Shown here one piece after another: positions 20,659 through 30,291 of a DNA stretch of 64,000 bases (positions within the stretch are counted from its first letter, which is position 1; every line of letters begins with the position of its first letter). The notes beneath the pieces are model-generated. The model did not search any database. It worked only from the letters and a program-made list of their open reading frames with translations, and was not told the origin of the DNA. Both the position numbers and the translations under genes were made by a program. Origin of the DNA: Candidatus Poribacteria bacterium (lineage in GTDB: Bacteria; Poribacteria; WGA-4E; WGA-3G); contig CBDANF010000003.1 of NCBI GenBank assembly GCA_965197475.1, positions 4,064,001 to 4,128,000 of the forward strand, written 5' to 3'.

Positions 20659-21715
20659 TCATAAATTAGACATTATAATGATTTAAATAACAGGAGTTTC
20701 ATAACGCGAGGGTCTAAAGTTTAGTCGGAAGTTGTGTAAACCACAACAAGTTTCCATAACTAAATCACAAAACCCTTTCTTCCAATTCCTGAGTTTATCT
20801 TTGACAATGCGGCATCTTTTGACACCACTAATCGCATGTTCAACGCGTATGCGTATAGACGCTATCTTTCTATTGTTTTCTTTTTCTTCATTCGTCCGTT
20901 CTCTACCTCTCGGTTTTTTCTTCGGTTGAATGATGTTTATATCCGGGAGAACGAAACCCTGAAAACCGGTATCTTGGGACAATGTGCTACCCTGTGGCAC
21001 ACAATAGCCCACCATATCGGCTATGTGTTTGTCATGGTGTCTTCCTTCAAAAGAAGGTGTCAATAGGACGACTTTGCAGGTCTCATTGATAATCAGATTA
21101 TTTTTCACTGTATGGCATTTCTTTTTACCACTATAATACGCCTTTTGAGTTGACGGGTCTTTTGGGCGTCGTATAGGGCGTTCGGTGCTATCATGAAAAA
21201 AATGTTCTCCTTCTTGATTTTGAGTTGATACTTTTGATGGAGCACATATAGGTGCGGGGTCTGTTTCCCGAGATGGCAACTCTCCAAGTTCTGCTAATGC
21301 TTTGTTCAATATCGATAAAAGCAAGTGAATCCATCTATTAGCAAGAGGTTGAGACATGCCAAAGAGCGCACCGAATAGCACTTGTTTCGGTGCTTCACGA
21401 AGGTAAATCAGTATAAATAGCAACATATCTTCAGGTGTATCAAAACGACTATTTTTATACGGTTTATATCTCCGTTTTTTGCGCGGTTTTCCTGCAAGGG
21501 TATGTGTTTGAACATACTCTAAAAAACATTTAGTAAAATAAGGTGATAGTTCAGTCCAATCTTCTAAGGTATATCCGGTGAGGGACAGGAGCGTATCAGG
21601 TTTGTCCCTTAGTTCTTGAAAACTTATCATGAGTTAGCCTCCTATTGTCCGATTGTAATAAGTATAATAGAGACTAACCAAACGGACAACTAATTAGTTA
21701 TAATGTCTATTATGT
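20659..21715 (-). mobile_element. IS5-superfamily (ISL2/IS1381-like) insertion sequence
   Basis: Terminal IR core (A)CATAA(AT)TAGACATTATAA at ~20659-20678 and its complement at 21698-21715. Confidence 0.75.
20683..21630 (-). CDS. Transposase (HTH_Tnp_4 + DDE_Tnp_4)
   Basis: DSTERPIRRP, YYSGKKKCHTVK, DTGFQG and RIRVEHAI. Confidence 0.9.
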   Translation of the reverse strand: MISFQELRDKPDTLLSLTGYTLEDWTELSPYFTKCFLEYVQTHTLAGKPRKKRRYKPYKNSRFDTPEDMLLFILIYLREAPKQVLFGALFGMSQPLANRWIHLLLSILNKALAELGELPSRETDPAPICAPSKVSTQNQEGEHFFHDSTERPIRRPKDPSTQKAYYSGKKKCHTVKNNLIINETCKVVLLTPSFEGRHHDKHIADMVGYCVPQGSTLSQDTGFQGFVLPDINIIQPKKKPRGRERTNEEKENNRKIASIRIRVEHAISGVKRCRIVKDKLRNWKKGFCDLVMETCCGLHNFRLNFRPSRYETPVI

Positions 21716-21968
21716 GTAGGTTAAGGTCTTGGGTTCTCCTCGCCATTTCTGGCTAAGAAAACAACGGATGGGCACGGGAACCTGCTGCTACGATAAAGGT
21801 AGGATATTCTTTTTGAACTGTCCTATTCAATTTCCTCTTCCTAATTTAATAACATTTCTAATTGATAAAATATCAGTTGTTATGCTTGAAGAGACACTTA
21901 TAATCTGATAACATAGTTTCTAAGCGGAAAAGAGGATCCATTGTCCAACATCCTTTCAAAATGTTGTT

Positions 21969-22954
21969 CGCTCATGTCAAGAGTAAGTGCTTTTGACGAG
22001 TTTTGCTATAAAATCAACACTGACAGCTTTTAGATTCATGACGAACTCACAGATTGCGACGTAACCGGCGAGGAACTTTTTATGAACGCCACGAAAGGGA
22101 CGAAGGAAGTTTCGCAGCGTCGTCCAGGCACCTTCAATCGTCCTTGTATGGATCTCGTAAAGACCATCACCGTCTGCGTCTCTTGCCCACTCGCCATCCT
22201 TATGGAGAACAATCTCACGGGCGCGCTGAATACGGTTATAGCCACGCCAACCATCCGTATACACCGTTGAAGTCGGCAACGTCCACTGATGAACGTGTGT
22301 TGAAAGCGTCGCAGAATCGGTGTGCCGCACAACACGTAATCTCAGGAGACCGCTTTCGCGACCTTTCGTCCCAACAATAGGCGGACGATCATTGTCATAA
22401 GTCCCATGTCCCCTGCGTTTATTGCCACGCCGACGCGGCGGATCCGAAGCATCAACGTGCTTATCGCCTTTTTCACCGGCGTTTTGAAACATCTCATCTG
22501 TTTCGACTTCAGCATCAGGTAAAGCAGCTTCGGGTTGTATCTGCTCTGCCGAAGTTTGGAGTTTACGTCTTATAGAAAGAACGGTTTGACGACTTAGACC
22601 CAGTTCACACCCGAGTTGTGCACTTGAAACACCTTGACAGACACCGCGCAAAAGCAGAACGACCTGTGAGGGACGAAACTGCGTGCCAGCAAAGACCGTC
22701 CCGGTATAGAGGTTGTAGATGCTCTCACAGTGTTTGCAGCGATACACTTGTAGACCACTTGTTTCAGTCGGACGGAACTTGCGTGCCTCCGCCACGCTCG
22801 CTTGGCATTTTGGGCAACACAGCCCTTGAAGGTGGAAATGATCCAACACCCACGCTTGAGTTTTTTCTTCATCCAGGAGAGATTGTATTGGAAAGTCCAT
22901 AGGTAACACGCTAACATAACTTTGAAAAAATAGCACTTACTTTTTACATGAGCC
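21969..22954 (-). mobile_element. IS1595-family element, copy 1
   Basis: ~23-bp imperfect IRs (CGCTCATGTCAAGAGTAAGTGCT / AGCACTTACTTTTTACATGAGCC); 9-bp target duplication AATGTTGTT at 21960-21968 and 22955-22963. Confidence 0.9.
21977..22900 (-). CDS. IS1595-family transposase (Zn ribbon, HTH, DDE)
   Basis: CPKC...CKHC; ETDE; YTDGWRGY; IEGAW; probable start MDFPIQ. Confidence 0.9.
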   Translation of the reverse strand: MDFPIQSLLDEEKTQAWVLDHFHLQGLCCPKCQASVAEARKFRPTETSGLQVYRCKHCESIYNLYTGTVFAGTQFRPSQVVLLLRGVCQGVSSAQLGCELGLSRQTVLSIRRKLQTSAEQIQPEAALPDAEVETDEMFQNAGEKGDKHVDASDPPRRRGNKRRGHGTYDNDRPPIVGTKGRESGLLRLRVVRHTDSATLSTHVHQWTLPTSTVYTDGWRGYNRIQRAREIVLHKDGEWARDADGDGLYEIHTRTIEGAWTTLRNFLRPFRGVHKKFLAGYVAICEFVMNLKAVSVDFIAKLVKSTYS

Positions 22955-23096
22955 AATGTTGTTTATTATGAAAGGATAACCTCTTTTCTGCTTTTTAGCA
23001 AAAATAAAATTGTCCAAACTATAGTATTATTATCAGACTCACGTTATTGGTAGTGTATCACACGGTTCACCCACAAAATTGAGAAAATAGATCGCG

Positions 23097-24188
23097 ATGC
23101 GAATTCTTTATGTTATTGATTCCATGACAAAAGACGGTGCAGAATCACAACTATTCAAGACGTTAACACGGTTCGCACCTGACCAATATGAAGTGTCCGT
23201 TGTGCTAAGTCGTGCTGAAGGGGAACGCCTCAGTGAACTTGCCGCGCTTCCTTGCGTTCGAGATGTAACCATACTCACAGGTGAAAGCAAACGGATGAAA
23301 CTGATAGAAAAAGCATTCGCACTCGGTGGGATTGTTAAGGCAGTTGAACCCGACATTGTGCATAGTTGGCTGTGGTATTCTAATTTCCTCTGCGGTGTTT
23401 CCCATAAATTCGGATTGTGGCGAAAGATTCCATTCATTGCCTCACAGCGGGGTGATTACCATGCAAGATACAGCAAATTCCGACTCTGGCTTACGGAAAA
23501 ACTGATTTACAATACTGCGGACTGCCTTCTGACGAATTCAGAGCAGATTGCACGACATCTCCACCAACTGTATCCAGATAAAAAGATTTATAGCATTCCC
23601 AATCTATTGGAACTACCTACCGATGCCTGGACTCAGAAGCGAAAAGATGCAACTGAAGAGAAGTTAATAGTAAGTGTTGGACGCTTTGCACCGGAAAAAG
23701 GTCACCGTTATTTGATAGAGGCATTAAACTTACTAAATCGTAAAAACATTAAGTGGCGATGCACGTTTCTCGGTGACGGTGAACTGGAGTCAGAACTTCG
23801 TGCGCTAACGGCAGTGTACATATCGGATAAGGTCATGTTCCCTGGGTTTTGTGAGGATGTCTTTTCTGAGCTTTTGAAAGCGGATGTCTTTGTGCTTCCC
23901 TCGCTACACGAAGGTTCGCCAAATGCGTTGATTGAGGCGATGGGTATCGGCATGCCGTGCATCGCATCAGATGTTGGCGGGATCAGAGACCTGGTTGAAA
24001 ATAAAAAAAACGGCATCCGAGTTCCATCACAGGATTCGGTGGCGTTAGCAGAAGCATTGCATCGTCTACTGGCAGAACCTGCGTTTGCGTGTGAGTTAGG
24101 TAAAAATGCACGCGCTACCATTCAGCAAAAGTTCGACAGTGCCAAATCTCTCCAAAAATTAGAAGATATTTATCAAAGCTTCTTATAG
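23097..24188 (+). CDS. GT4 (GT-B) glycosyltransferase
   Basis: VGRFAPEKGH; PSLHEGSPNALIEAM; SDVGG. Confidence 0.9.
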   Translation: MRILYVIDSMTKDGAESQLFKTLTRFAPDQYEVSVVLSRAEGERLSELAALPCVRDVTILTGESKRMKLIEKAFALGGIVKAVEPDIVHSWLWYSNFLCGVSHKFGLWRKIPFIASQRGDYHARYSKFRLWLTEKLIYNTADCLLTNSEQIARHLHQLYPDKKIYSIPNLLELPTDAWTQKRKDATEEKLIVSVGRFAPEKGHRYLIEALNLLNRKNIKWRCTFLGDGELESELRALTAVYISDKVMFPGFCEDVFSELLKADVFVLPSLHEGSPNALIEAMGIGMPCIASDVGGIRDLVENKKNGIRVPSQDSVALAEALHRLLAEPAFACELGKNARATIQQKFDSAKSLQKLEDIYQSFL

Positions 24189-24197
24189 GCAGCAATC

Positions 24198-25100
24198 ATG
24201 TCTTACCGGCTCTCAAACTTTGCCAAAAATGCTGTTTCAACCTTTCTCTGCTTATTTGGCATTCCGTTGTTCATCCGAGAGTGGGTGTGCCGGAACCGGG
24301 TTGCGATCCTCATGTATCACGACGTACCGCCCGACATCTTTGCAAAACATATCGCTTATCTTTCTCGGCATTTTAAAATTATCTCATTAGATACGTTAGT
24401 CTCAGCTATCTACAAAAAAGATTTTTCCGAAATCCCTCCGAAAAGCGTTGTGATTACGATCGACGACGGACACGCTGGTAATATCGCACTCTTGCCAATT
24501 ATCAAACAGTCTAAAATTCGTCCAACAATCTATGTATGCACACAGATAATCAACACATACCGACATTTCTGGTTTAAAATTGCGGGACAGTCTAAAAAAG
24601 AGAAAGAGCATCTGAAAAAACTACCGAATGCAGAAAGGTTAACACTTCTCAAGGATTCGGCTAGCTTTGAACTTGAAAAGGAACATCAAGATAGACAGGC
24701 ATTGAATACCGATGAGATGAAAGAGATGATGCAAAACGTTGACTTTCAACCGCACACCCAATTCCATCCCATCCTGCCACAATGTGCGGAAACAGAATGT
24801 AAACAAGAGATACTTGGCAGCAAAACCGACTTAGAGAAGTTTTTGGGAATTGAATGTCAGCATTTCAGTTACCCAAATGGGGATTATACCGAACGCGAGA
24901 TTGAGATTGTCAAAGCAGGAGGGTTCCGTTCCGCACGCACAACAGATATAGGATGGAACCGGGTTAATACACCACTCTATCAACTGAAAACTATTCCGAT
25001 TTCTGATGATGCTGAACTCATCCGCTTTCGCGCAGAGCTGACGACAATTCCACAGCGAATTGGCAGATGGATAAGAAATTTACGCTCATGTCAAGAGTAA
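24198..25100 (+). CDS. Polysaccharide deacetylase (NodB-like); C-terminus altered by IS insertion
   Basis: LMYHD, ITIDDG, HTQFHP and FSYPNG; last codons come from the IS1595 end. Confidence 0.88.
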   Translation: MSYRLSNFAKNAVSTFLCLFGIPLFIREWVCRNRVAILMYHDVPPDIFAKHIAYLSRHFKIISLDTLVSAIYKKDFSEIPPKSVVITIDDGHAGNIALLPIIKQSKIRPTIYVCTQIINTYRHFWFKIAGQSKKEKEHLKKLPNAERLTLLKDSASFELEKEHQDRQALNTDEMKEMMQNVDFQPHTQFHPILPQCAETECKQEILGSKTDLEKFLGIECQHFSYPNGDYTEREIEIVKAGGFRSARTTDIGWNRVNTPLYQLKTIPISDDAELIRFRAELTTIPQRIGRWIRNLRSCQE

Positions 25101-26068
25101 GTGCTTTTGACAAGTTTTGCTATAAAATCAACACTGACAGCTTTTAGATTCATGACGAACTCACAGATTGCGACGTAACCGGCGAGGAACTTTTTATGAA
25201 CGCCACGAAAGGGACGAAGGAAGTTTCGCAGCGTCGTCCAGGCACCTTCAATCGTCCTTGTATGGATCTCGTAAAGACCATCACCGTCTGCGTCTCTTGC
25301 CCACTCGCCATCCTTATGGAGAACAATCTCACGGGCGCGCTGAATACGGTTATAGCCACGCCAACCATCCGTATACACCGTTGAAGTCGGCAACGTCCAC
25401 TGATGAACGTGTGTTGAAAGCGTCGCAGAATCGGTGTGCCGCACAACACGTAATCTCAGGAGACCGCTTTCGCGACCTTTCGTCCCAACAATAGGCGGAC
25501 GATCATTGTCATAAGTCCCATGTTCCCTGCGTTTATTGCCACGCCGACGCGGCGGATCCGAAGCATCAACGTGCTTATCGCCTTTTTCACCGGCGTTTTG
25601 AAACATCTCATCTGTTTCGACTTCAGCATCAGGTAAAGCAGCTTCGGGTTGTATCTGCTCTGCCGAAGTTTGGAGTTTACGTCTTATAGAAAGAACGGTT
25701 TGACGACTTAGACCCAGTTCACACCCGAGTTGTGCACTTGAAACACCTTGACAGACACCGCGCAAAAGCAGAACGACCTGTGAGGGACGAAACTGCGTGC
25801 CAGCAAAGACCGTCCCGGTATAGAGGTTGTAGATGCTCTCACAGTGTTTGCAGCGATACACTTGTAGACCACTTGTTTCAGTCGGACGGAACTTGCGTGC
25901 CTCCGCCACGCTCGCTTGGCATTTTGGGCAACACAGCCCTTGAAGGTGGAAATGATCCAACACCCACGCTTGAGTTTTTTCTTCATCCAGGAGAGATTGT
26001 ATTGGAAAGTCCATAGGTAACACGCTAACATAACTTTGAAAAAATAGCACTTACTTTTTACATGAGCC
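25083..26068 (-). mobile_element. IS1595-family element, copy 2
   Basis: Same IRs as copy 1; 8-bp target duplication GAAATTTA at 25075-25082 and 26069-26076; about 2 substitutions seen vs copy 1. Confidence 0.9.
25091..26014 (-). CDS. IS1595-family transposase
   Basis: Identical to copy 1 except RRGHG to RREHG. Confidence 0.9.
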   Translation of the reverse strand: MDFPIQSLLDEEKTQAWVLDHFHLQGLCCPKCQASVAEARKFRPTETSGLQVYRCKHCESIYNLYTGTVFAGTQFRPSQVVLLLRGVCQGVSSAQLGCELGLSRQTVLSIRRKLQTSAEQIQPEAALPDAEVETDEMFQNAGEKGDKHVDASDPPRRRGNKRREHGTYDNDRPPIVGTKGRESGLLRLRVVRHTDSATLSTHVHQWTLPTSTVYTDGWRGYNRIQRAREIVLHKDGEWARDADGDGLYEIHTRTIEGAWTTLRNFLRPFRGVHKKFLAGYVAICEFVMNLKAVSVDFIAKLVKSTYS

Positions 26069-26078
26069 GAAATTTATT

Positions 26079-26777
26079 ATGGACACTAACAAATTAACAA
26101 AATGGCATCGTGCCTATATTCAGAACGCTTACCGAGAATTGGAACAAGGCACAACACGAAAACAACTTAACACGCTCAACATCAAGGCTGCTGGCAAAAA
26201 AGTATTGGATGTCGGATGCGGACCAGGAAACCTTCTTGCTGCACTATCAGTAGACCATCCGCAGCTCCTAATCGGTGTTGACGTAGATGAGACCTTCTTA
26301 ACTATTGGACGTTCTAAAATCGAAAAATTCATAGCTCTGCTTTCAACATTTCCTGCCTTTATTCGCGGTTCACTCCCGACCTTACCTTTTGCAGACGAAA
26401 CCTTCGATCTCGTAACCTGTTTTCTCGTTTTGCCGCATGTGCCTGATGATAAAATCGCCTTAACTGAACTCACACGCGTTCTAAAACCGGGCGGCACTCT
26501 TGCTATTTCTGGACACGGATTGGGATTTCCGCTCCATTATCTGAAACGTTTCAGGCTAAAACCGTTGCAGATGTATCTCGCCAGTCTAATTTATAGATGC
26601 ACAGGGAAAAAGTGGATCCGTAACACGCTACAAAGCGAAAAAGAAATTTGCGATATATTAGATAGTATAGGTTTGATAGTAGATGTCAAGAACTACAACA
26701 AAAAGGTGTTTGGATGCATCGCCACCTACTGGATTAAGGCGACGAAGAGTGAAATGAGCCCTAACGCAACGCAGTAA
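26079..26777 (+). CDS. Class I SAM-dependent methyltransferase
   Basis: VLDVGCGPG; LPFADETFDLV; RVLKPGG. Confidence 0.9.
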   Translation: MDTNKLTKWHRAYIQNAYRELEQGTTRKQLNTLNIKAAGKKVLDVGCGPGNLLAALSVDHPQLLIGVDVDETFLTIGRSKIEKFIALLSTFPAFIRGSLPTLPFADETFDLVTCFLVLPHVPDDKIALTELTRVLKPGGTLAISGHGLGFPLHYLKRFRLKPLQMYLASLIYRCTGKKWIRNTLQSEKEICDILDSIGLIVDVKNYNKKVFGCIATYWIKATKSEMSPNATQ

Positions 26778-27565
26778 TAGGAAAATAGAGAGAATTTGCC
26801 TCGGTTTAAAATAGCCAGTAGAAATCGCAACGCGATATAACCGACAATAAACGAGGCAAGCATTCCTGCAGCCACAATATAGAAAGGGATGGTGGTGTCA
26901 TCAATATCCCGTATTTTTAGCGCAACGGCACCAAGAATAGCGGGAATTGAAAGCAGGAAGGAGTATTCCGCAGCAGTTTTCGCTGGAATTCCCAAAAATA
27001 GCGCAAGTGAAATCGTTGTTCCAGAACGAGAGATACCGGGTGTAATCGCACATCCTTGTGCAACGCCAATAAGCGGTGCGTGCCACGTTTTGAGTTTCTC
27101 AGTTATAGCATCGGTGCTATCCGTGTCCTCTTTGCGCAGGCGAGGTAATTGAAGAATTATACCAGTGAGAATTAGCATGGTGCTGACAAGCAACGTTTCA
27201 TCAAAGAAGGATTCCAACTCTGTCTTGAACAGCACTGCGACGATACCTGTCGGTATAGTTCCGAGCAGTATCAACCATATAAATCTGAGTTCATGGGACG
27301 CGTTGAGCGTGGCAATCGGTTTCCGATAAAGCTGCGTGTCAACAAGCACAGATAATCCATCGACCATTAATCTTGCTATTGCGTCTCGATAGACGACAAG
27401 GACAGCGACTAATGTCCCTACATGTAACATTACATCAAAAAGGACAAGTGGTTCTTCCAATTCGAGAAACTTTTGTGCTAAAACAAGATGTCCTGAGCTA
27501 CTAACGGGGAGAAATTCGGTTAATCCTTGTAAAATGCCGAGAAAGATCGCTTCAAGAATTGTCAT
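26726..27565 (-). CDS. uppP: Undecaprenyl-diphosphate phosphatase
   Basis: QGLTEFLPVSSSGH; PGISRSG; YSFLLSIP. Confidence 0.95.
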   Translation of the reverse strand: MTILEAIFLGILQGLTEFLPVSSSGHLVLAQKFLELEEPLVLFDVMLHVGTLVAVLVVYRDAIARLMVDGLSVLVDTQLYRKPIATLNASHELRFIWLILLGTIPTGIVAVLFKTELESFFDETLLVSTMLILTGIILQLPRLRKEDTDSTDAITEKLKTWHAPLIGVAQGCAITPGISRSGTTISLALFLGIPAKTAAEYSFLLSIPAILGAVALKIRDIDDTTIPFYIVAAGMLASFIVGYIALRFLLAILNRGKFSLFSYYCVALGLISLFVALIQ

Positions 27566-27790
27566 AGCGTACATTATAACAATGAACGCCACGACCTGCA
27601 AGTCTATAATTCAAATGAGGGTGAATATTTGTCAAAAATTGTCTATCCTTCCGATATTATTGGGATAGATCCTCAAGATTATAAATTACCTAAAAAATCG
27701 GCAGCCCCAGCGGGGCGGAATGTTTATAGAAACGCGAGCAAACAACTCCTCTTTTATTAGTTAACCAATACTATCCTTTAAACAAAAAAT

Positions 27791-27841
27791 GGCAGATGAG
27801 ATAGACAGATACGGCAATCCGCATCGTCTATCTCGCCTGCC
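27791..27841 (-). terminator. Long hairpin, probable intrinsic terminator of the DUF1549 gene
   Basis: GGCAG..GAGATAGAC pairs with GTCTATCTC..CTGCC; T-rich run follows on the minus strand. Confidence 0.6.
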
Positions 27842-27865
27842 TAAGAGTTTAATGCTTAGACATAC

Positions 27866-30127
27866 TTACCGATTGAAGAGGAAGGCACGGGAAGAAATAA
27901 GTGCCCAGAGCAGGTCCTCTGTGTCTTCACGTTCTTTTGAACCTTCGGTAAGATATGTCGTAGCCTTTTCAAGTTCCACTTCAGTGGGTAAACGACTCAA
28001 AGTCATTAGATACAACTCCGTCACCAATTCTGCTGGTGGCAGTTTTTCGCCGGACTTCGGTTCAAGAAGCTCGGTAATAGTGCCATTGCCATCCCTCAAC
28101 TTTCCGTTTACATAAGGTGAGTTGATGATGTGAAGTGCTTGGGTAAGCGTCGGTTCAAGTAGCGGATCTAAGTTACCTAAGAATTCCCTATTTGAACGTC
28201 CGAAAAGACTAAGGAAACGGTTACCCACTGGGAGCGGCAACTCTATGGCGCGAGTTCCTTCTGGGTACCTCCCATATTTCTCCGATTTACCCGTTACATC
28301 ATTTAGCACATCAAGCAATACTTGTGCCATCATGGGGCGTGGCATAAAACGAGAGAAAAATCTATCATCTAATTCATTCGTTTCGTTCGGTTTTGCGGAG
28401 AGTTGATAGGTTCGAGAGTTTAACATCAGTTTGATAATATGTTTGGTATCATACCCGCTTCTGATAAACTCTTCCGCTAATGCTTCTAAGAGCCCTTCAA
28501 CACTTGCGGGCGTTGTCGCACGCATATCGTCAACGGGGTCAACGATTCCCCTACCGAAATAGTAACTCCACAAACGGTTGACGGTCGCCTTTGCAAAGTA
28601 TGGATTTGAATCGGCAGTAATCCAATCAGCGAGATGCTGTATCGCATCCTCTCTATATGCCTCTGGAAGCGTTTCACCGCCAAGGAAGGTCGGCTGTGCG
28701 ACTTGTCCCCGATTCCCTTGCACGGATTGGTTAATAACACGTCCTCCGGGGTTGTGATAGACGACCAGTTCTTGGTAGAGTTCACCTCCACGGGTGTTGA
28801 CTTTACCTGTGAATGCGGCGAAGTTCCAATAATCGTCGGTTGTCCACTCGTCAAAAGGATGTTTATGACATCGGGCACAACTGAGACGGATACCGAGGAA
28901 CACTTGCGCTGTGGTTTCGGCTCTGCCTGAAGGTTGACGTTCTATCCGATAATAGTTGGTCGGTCCGTTCTGATAGGTACTACCGGTGGCAGTCAACACA
29001 TCGTGTACAAACTTGTTATACGGTGTGTTTTCAGCAACGGAATCTCGGATAAACTCGTGGAAAATGACAGCGGCACGGTCACCAAATTCACCGTTTCCGA
29101 GTCTTCGCGGGTGTACTCGCAACATATCAGCCATTTTTAATGTCCGCAGATCAACCCATTCTGGTGTTTCCATTAGCGTATCAATTAGACGCGAACGTTT
29201 CTCTGGGTTTGAATCAGCGAGGAACTCTTTGACCTCATCAGATGTAGGCAACTTTCCGACAGTATCCAGATAGATCCTCCGAACGAATTCGGAATCTGAA
29301 GATAGTTCGGAAGCGCGCACATTTAATTTTTTGAGTTTTGCTGCAACGAACTCATCGATAAAATTGTTTGTTAGAATTTCCGGGTACGGTTTTCCATCAG
29401 ATTCTCTCGGTACAGTAATGAAACTGGAGGAGACAACGCCTAAGTATCTTGCTAAGATAGCAGTGCCACCCCAACGCGTACTCGTCACCAGTCCAGATGG
29501 TGTAACCGTAGCTACAGGCTCATCTTTAGATTCATAAACAGCTTGAGCTGTAACATCTTCTATTGACCCATCAGTGAAATAGGCGAGTGCTTTTAGCTGC
29601 GTGGTTTCACCAACAGAAGTAAAAACAGCTTCTTTCGGTTCAAGTTCAAGTTTTTCCAAACGCGGTTCGTCAGGTGAAAAGGGAGCCCCAGCAGATATCC
29701 ATCGCAAGATGGTTTCCGCTTCATCAGAATTAGGATCAAATCTCAATCCACCTGCATGTGGAACTTGTCCAGTTGGTTTTAGATAAAGGAGACTCTGCTC
29801 GGGTTCAAGAAGATTGATACGCCTGCCCCGGCTGTGATGCACAATCGGTTCATAATCACTTTCTGGATTGAGAGTGAGTAAGGACAGATTCAAGCCACCT
29901 TGACCACCGAATTTACCGTGGCAGAGACCAGCAGAACACCCCATTTTATCAAGGATTGGTGCAATATTTTTAAGAAAAAGCGGCGCACCTTCTTTTGTTT
30001 TATTATCAAGTTGTCCTTCGCTGTCTGTATTTCCCCAACAAGATGGGGAAACCAGCATGTATGTAAATGCAGCGATGGCACATACGATGAGGATAGGAAC
30101 TATACTGTTCCATCTTACGCTTTTCAT
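27866..30127 (-). CDS. DUF1549/DUF1553 protein with Ig-like (Big_2) domain
   Basis: CSAGLCHG; NNFIDEFV; FVRRIYLD; CARCHKHPFD; NPYFAKATVNRLW..YFGRGIVDP; RBS AAGGAAGGAG before MKSVRW. Confidence 0.9.
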   Translation of the reverse strand: MKSVRWNSIVPILIVCAIAAFTYMLVSPSCWGNTDSEGQLDNKTKEGAPLFLKNIAPILDKMGCSAGLCHGKFGGQGGLNLSLLTLNPESDYEPIVHHSRGRRINLLEPEQSLLYLKPTGQVPHAGGLRFDPNSDEAETILRWISAGAPFSPDEPRLEKLELEPKEAVFTSVGETTQLKALAYFTDGSIEDVTAQAVYESKDEPVATVTPSGLVTSTRWGGTAILARYLGVVSSSFITVPRESDGKPYPEILTNNFIDEFVAAKLKKLNVRASELSSDSEFVRRIYLDTVGKLPTSDEVKEFLADSNPEKRSRLIDTLMETPEWVDLRTLKMADMLRVHPRRLGNGEFGDRAAVIFHEFIRDSVAENTPYNKFVHDVLTATGSTYQNGPTNYYRIERQPSGRAETTAQVFLGIRLSCARCHKHPFDEWTTDDYWNFAAFTGKVNTRGGELYQELVVYHNPGGRVINQSVQGNRGQVAQPTFLGGETLPEAYREDAIQHLADWITADSNPYFAKATVNRLWSYYFGRGIVDPVDDMRATTPASVEGLLEALAEEFIRSGYDTKHIIKLMLNSRTYQLSAKPNETNELDDRFFSRFMPRPMMAQVLLDVLNDVTGKSEKYGRYPEGTRAIELPLPVGNRFLSLFGRSNREFLGNLDPLLEPTLTQALHIINSPYVNGKLRDGNGTITELLEPKSGEKLPPAELVTELYLMTLSRLPTEVELEKATTYLTEGSKEREDTEDLLWALISSRAFLFNR

Positions 30128-30291
30128 GTCATATCTCCTTCCTTTAACAAGGAATTCATAATGATATTGTGCTACCAATTCAACGAGGCTATTTAATACC
30201 TCGAATTTCGTTCAACATTTAAATTTTATTATGCGGTCAAGTTTTCAACCATTTTCCATAAACGTTTCATGTTTAGAAATTTTCCCACAAA

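Noticed and set aside
21969-26068. Composite transposon carrying glycosyltransferase and deacetylase
   Set aside because: Each IS1595 copy has its own target duplication, and the cargo is continuous with the downstream methyltransferase, so these are independent insertions
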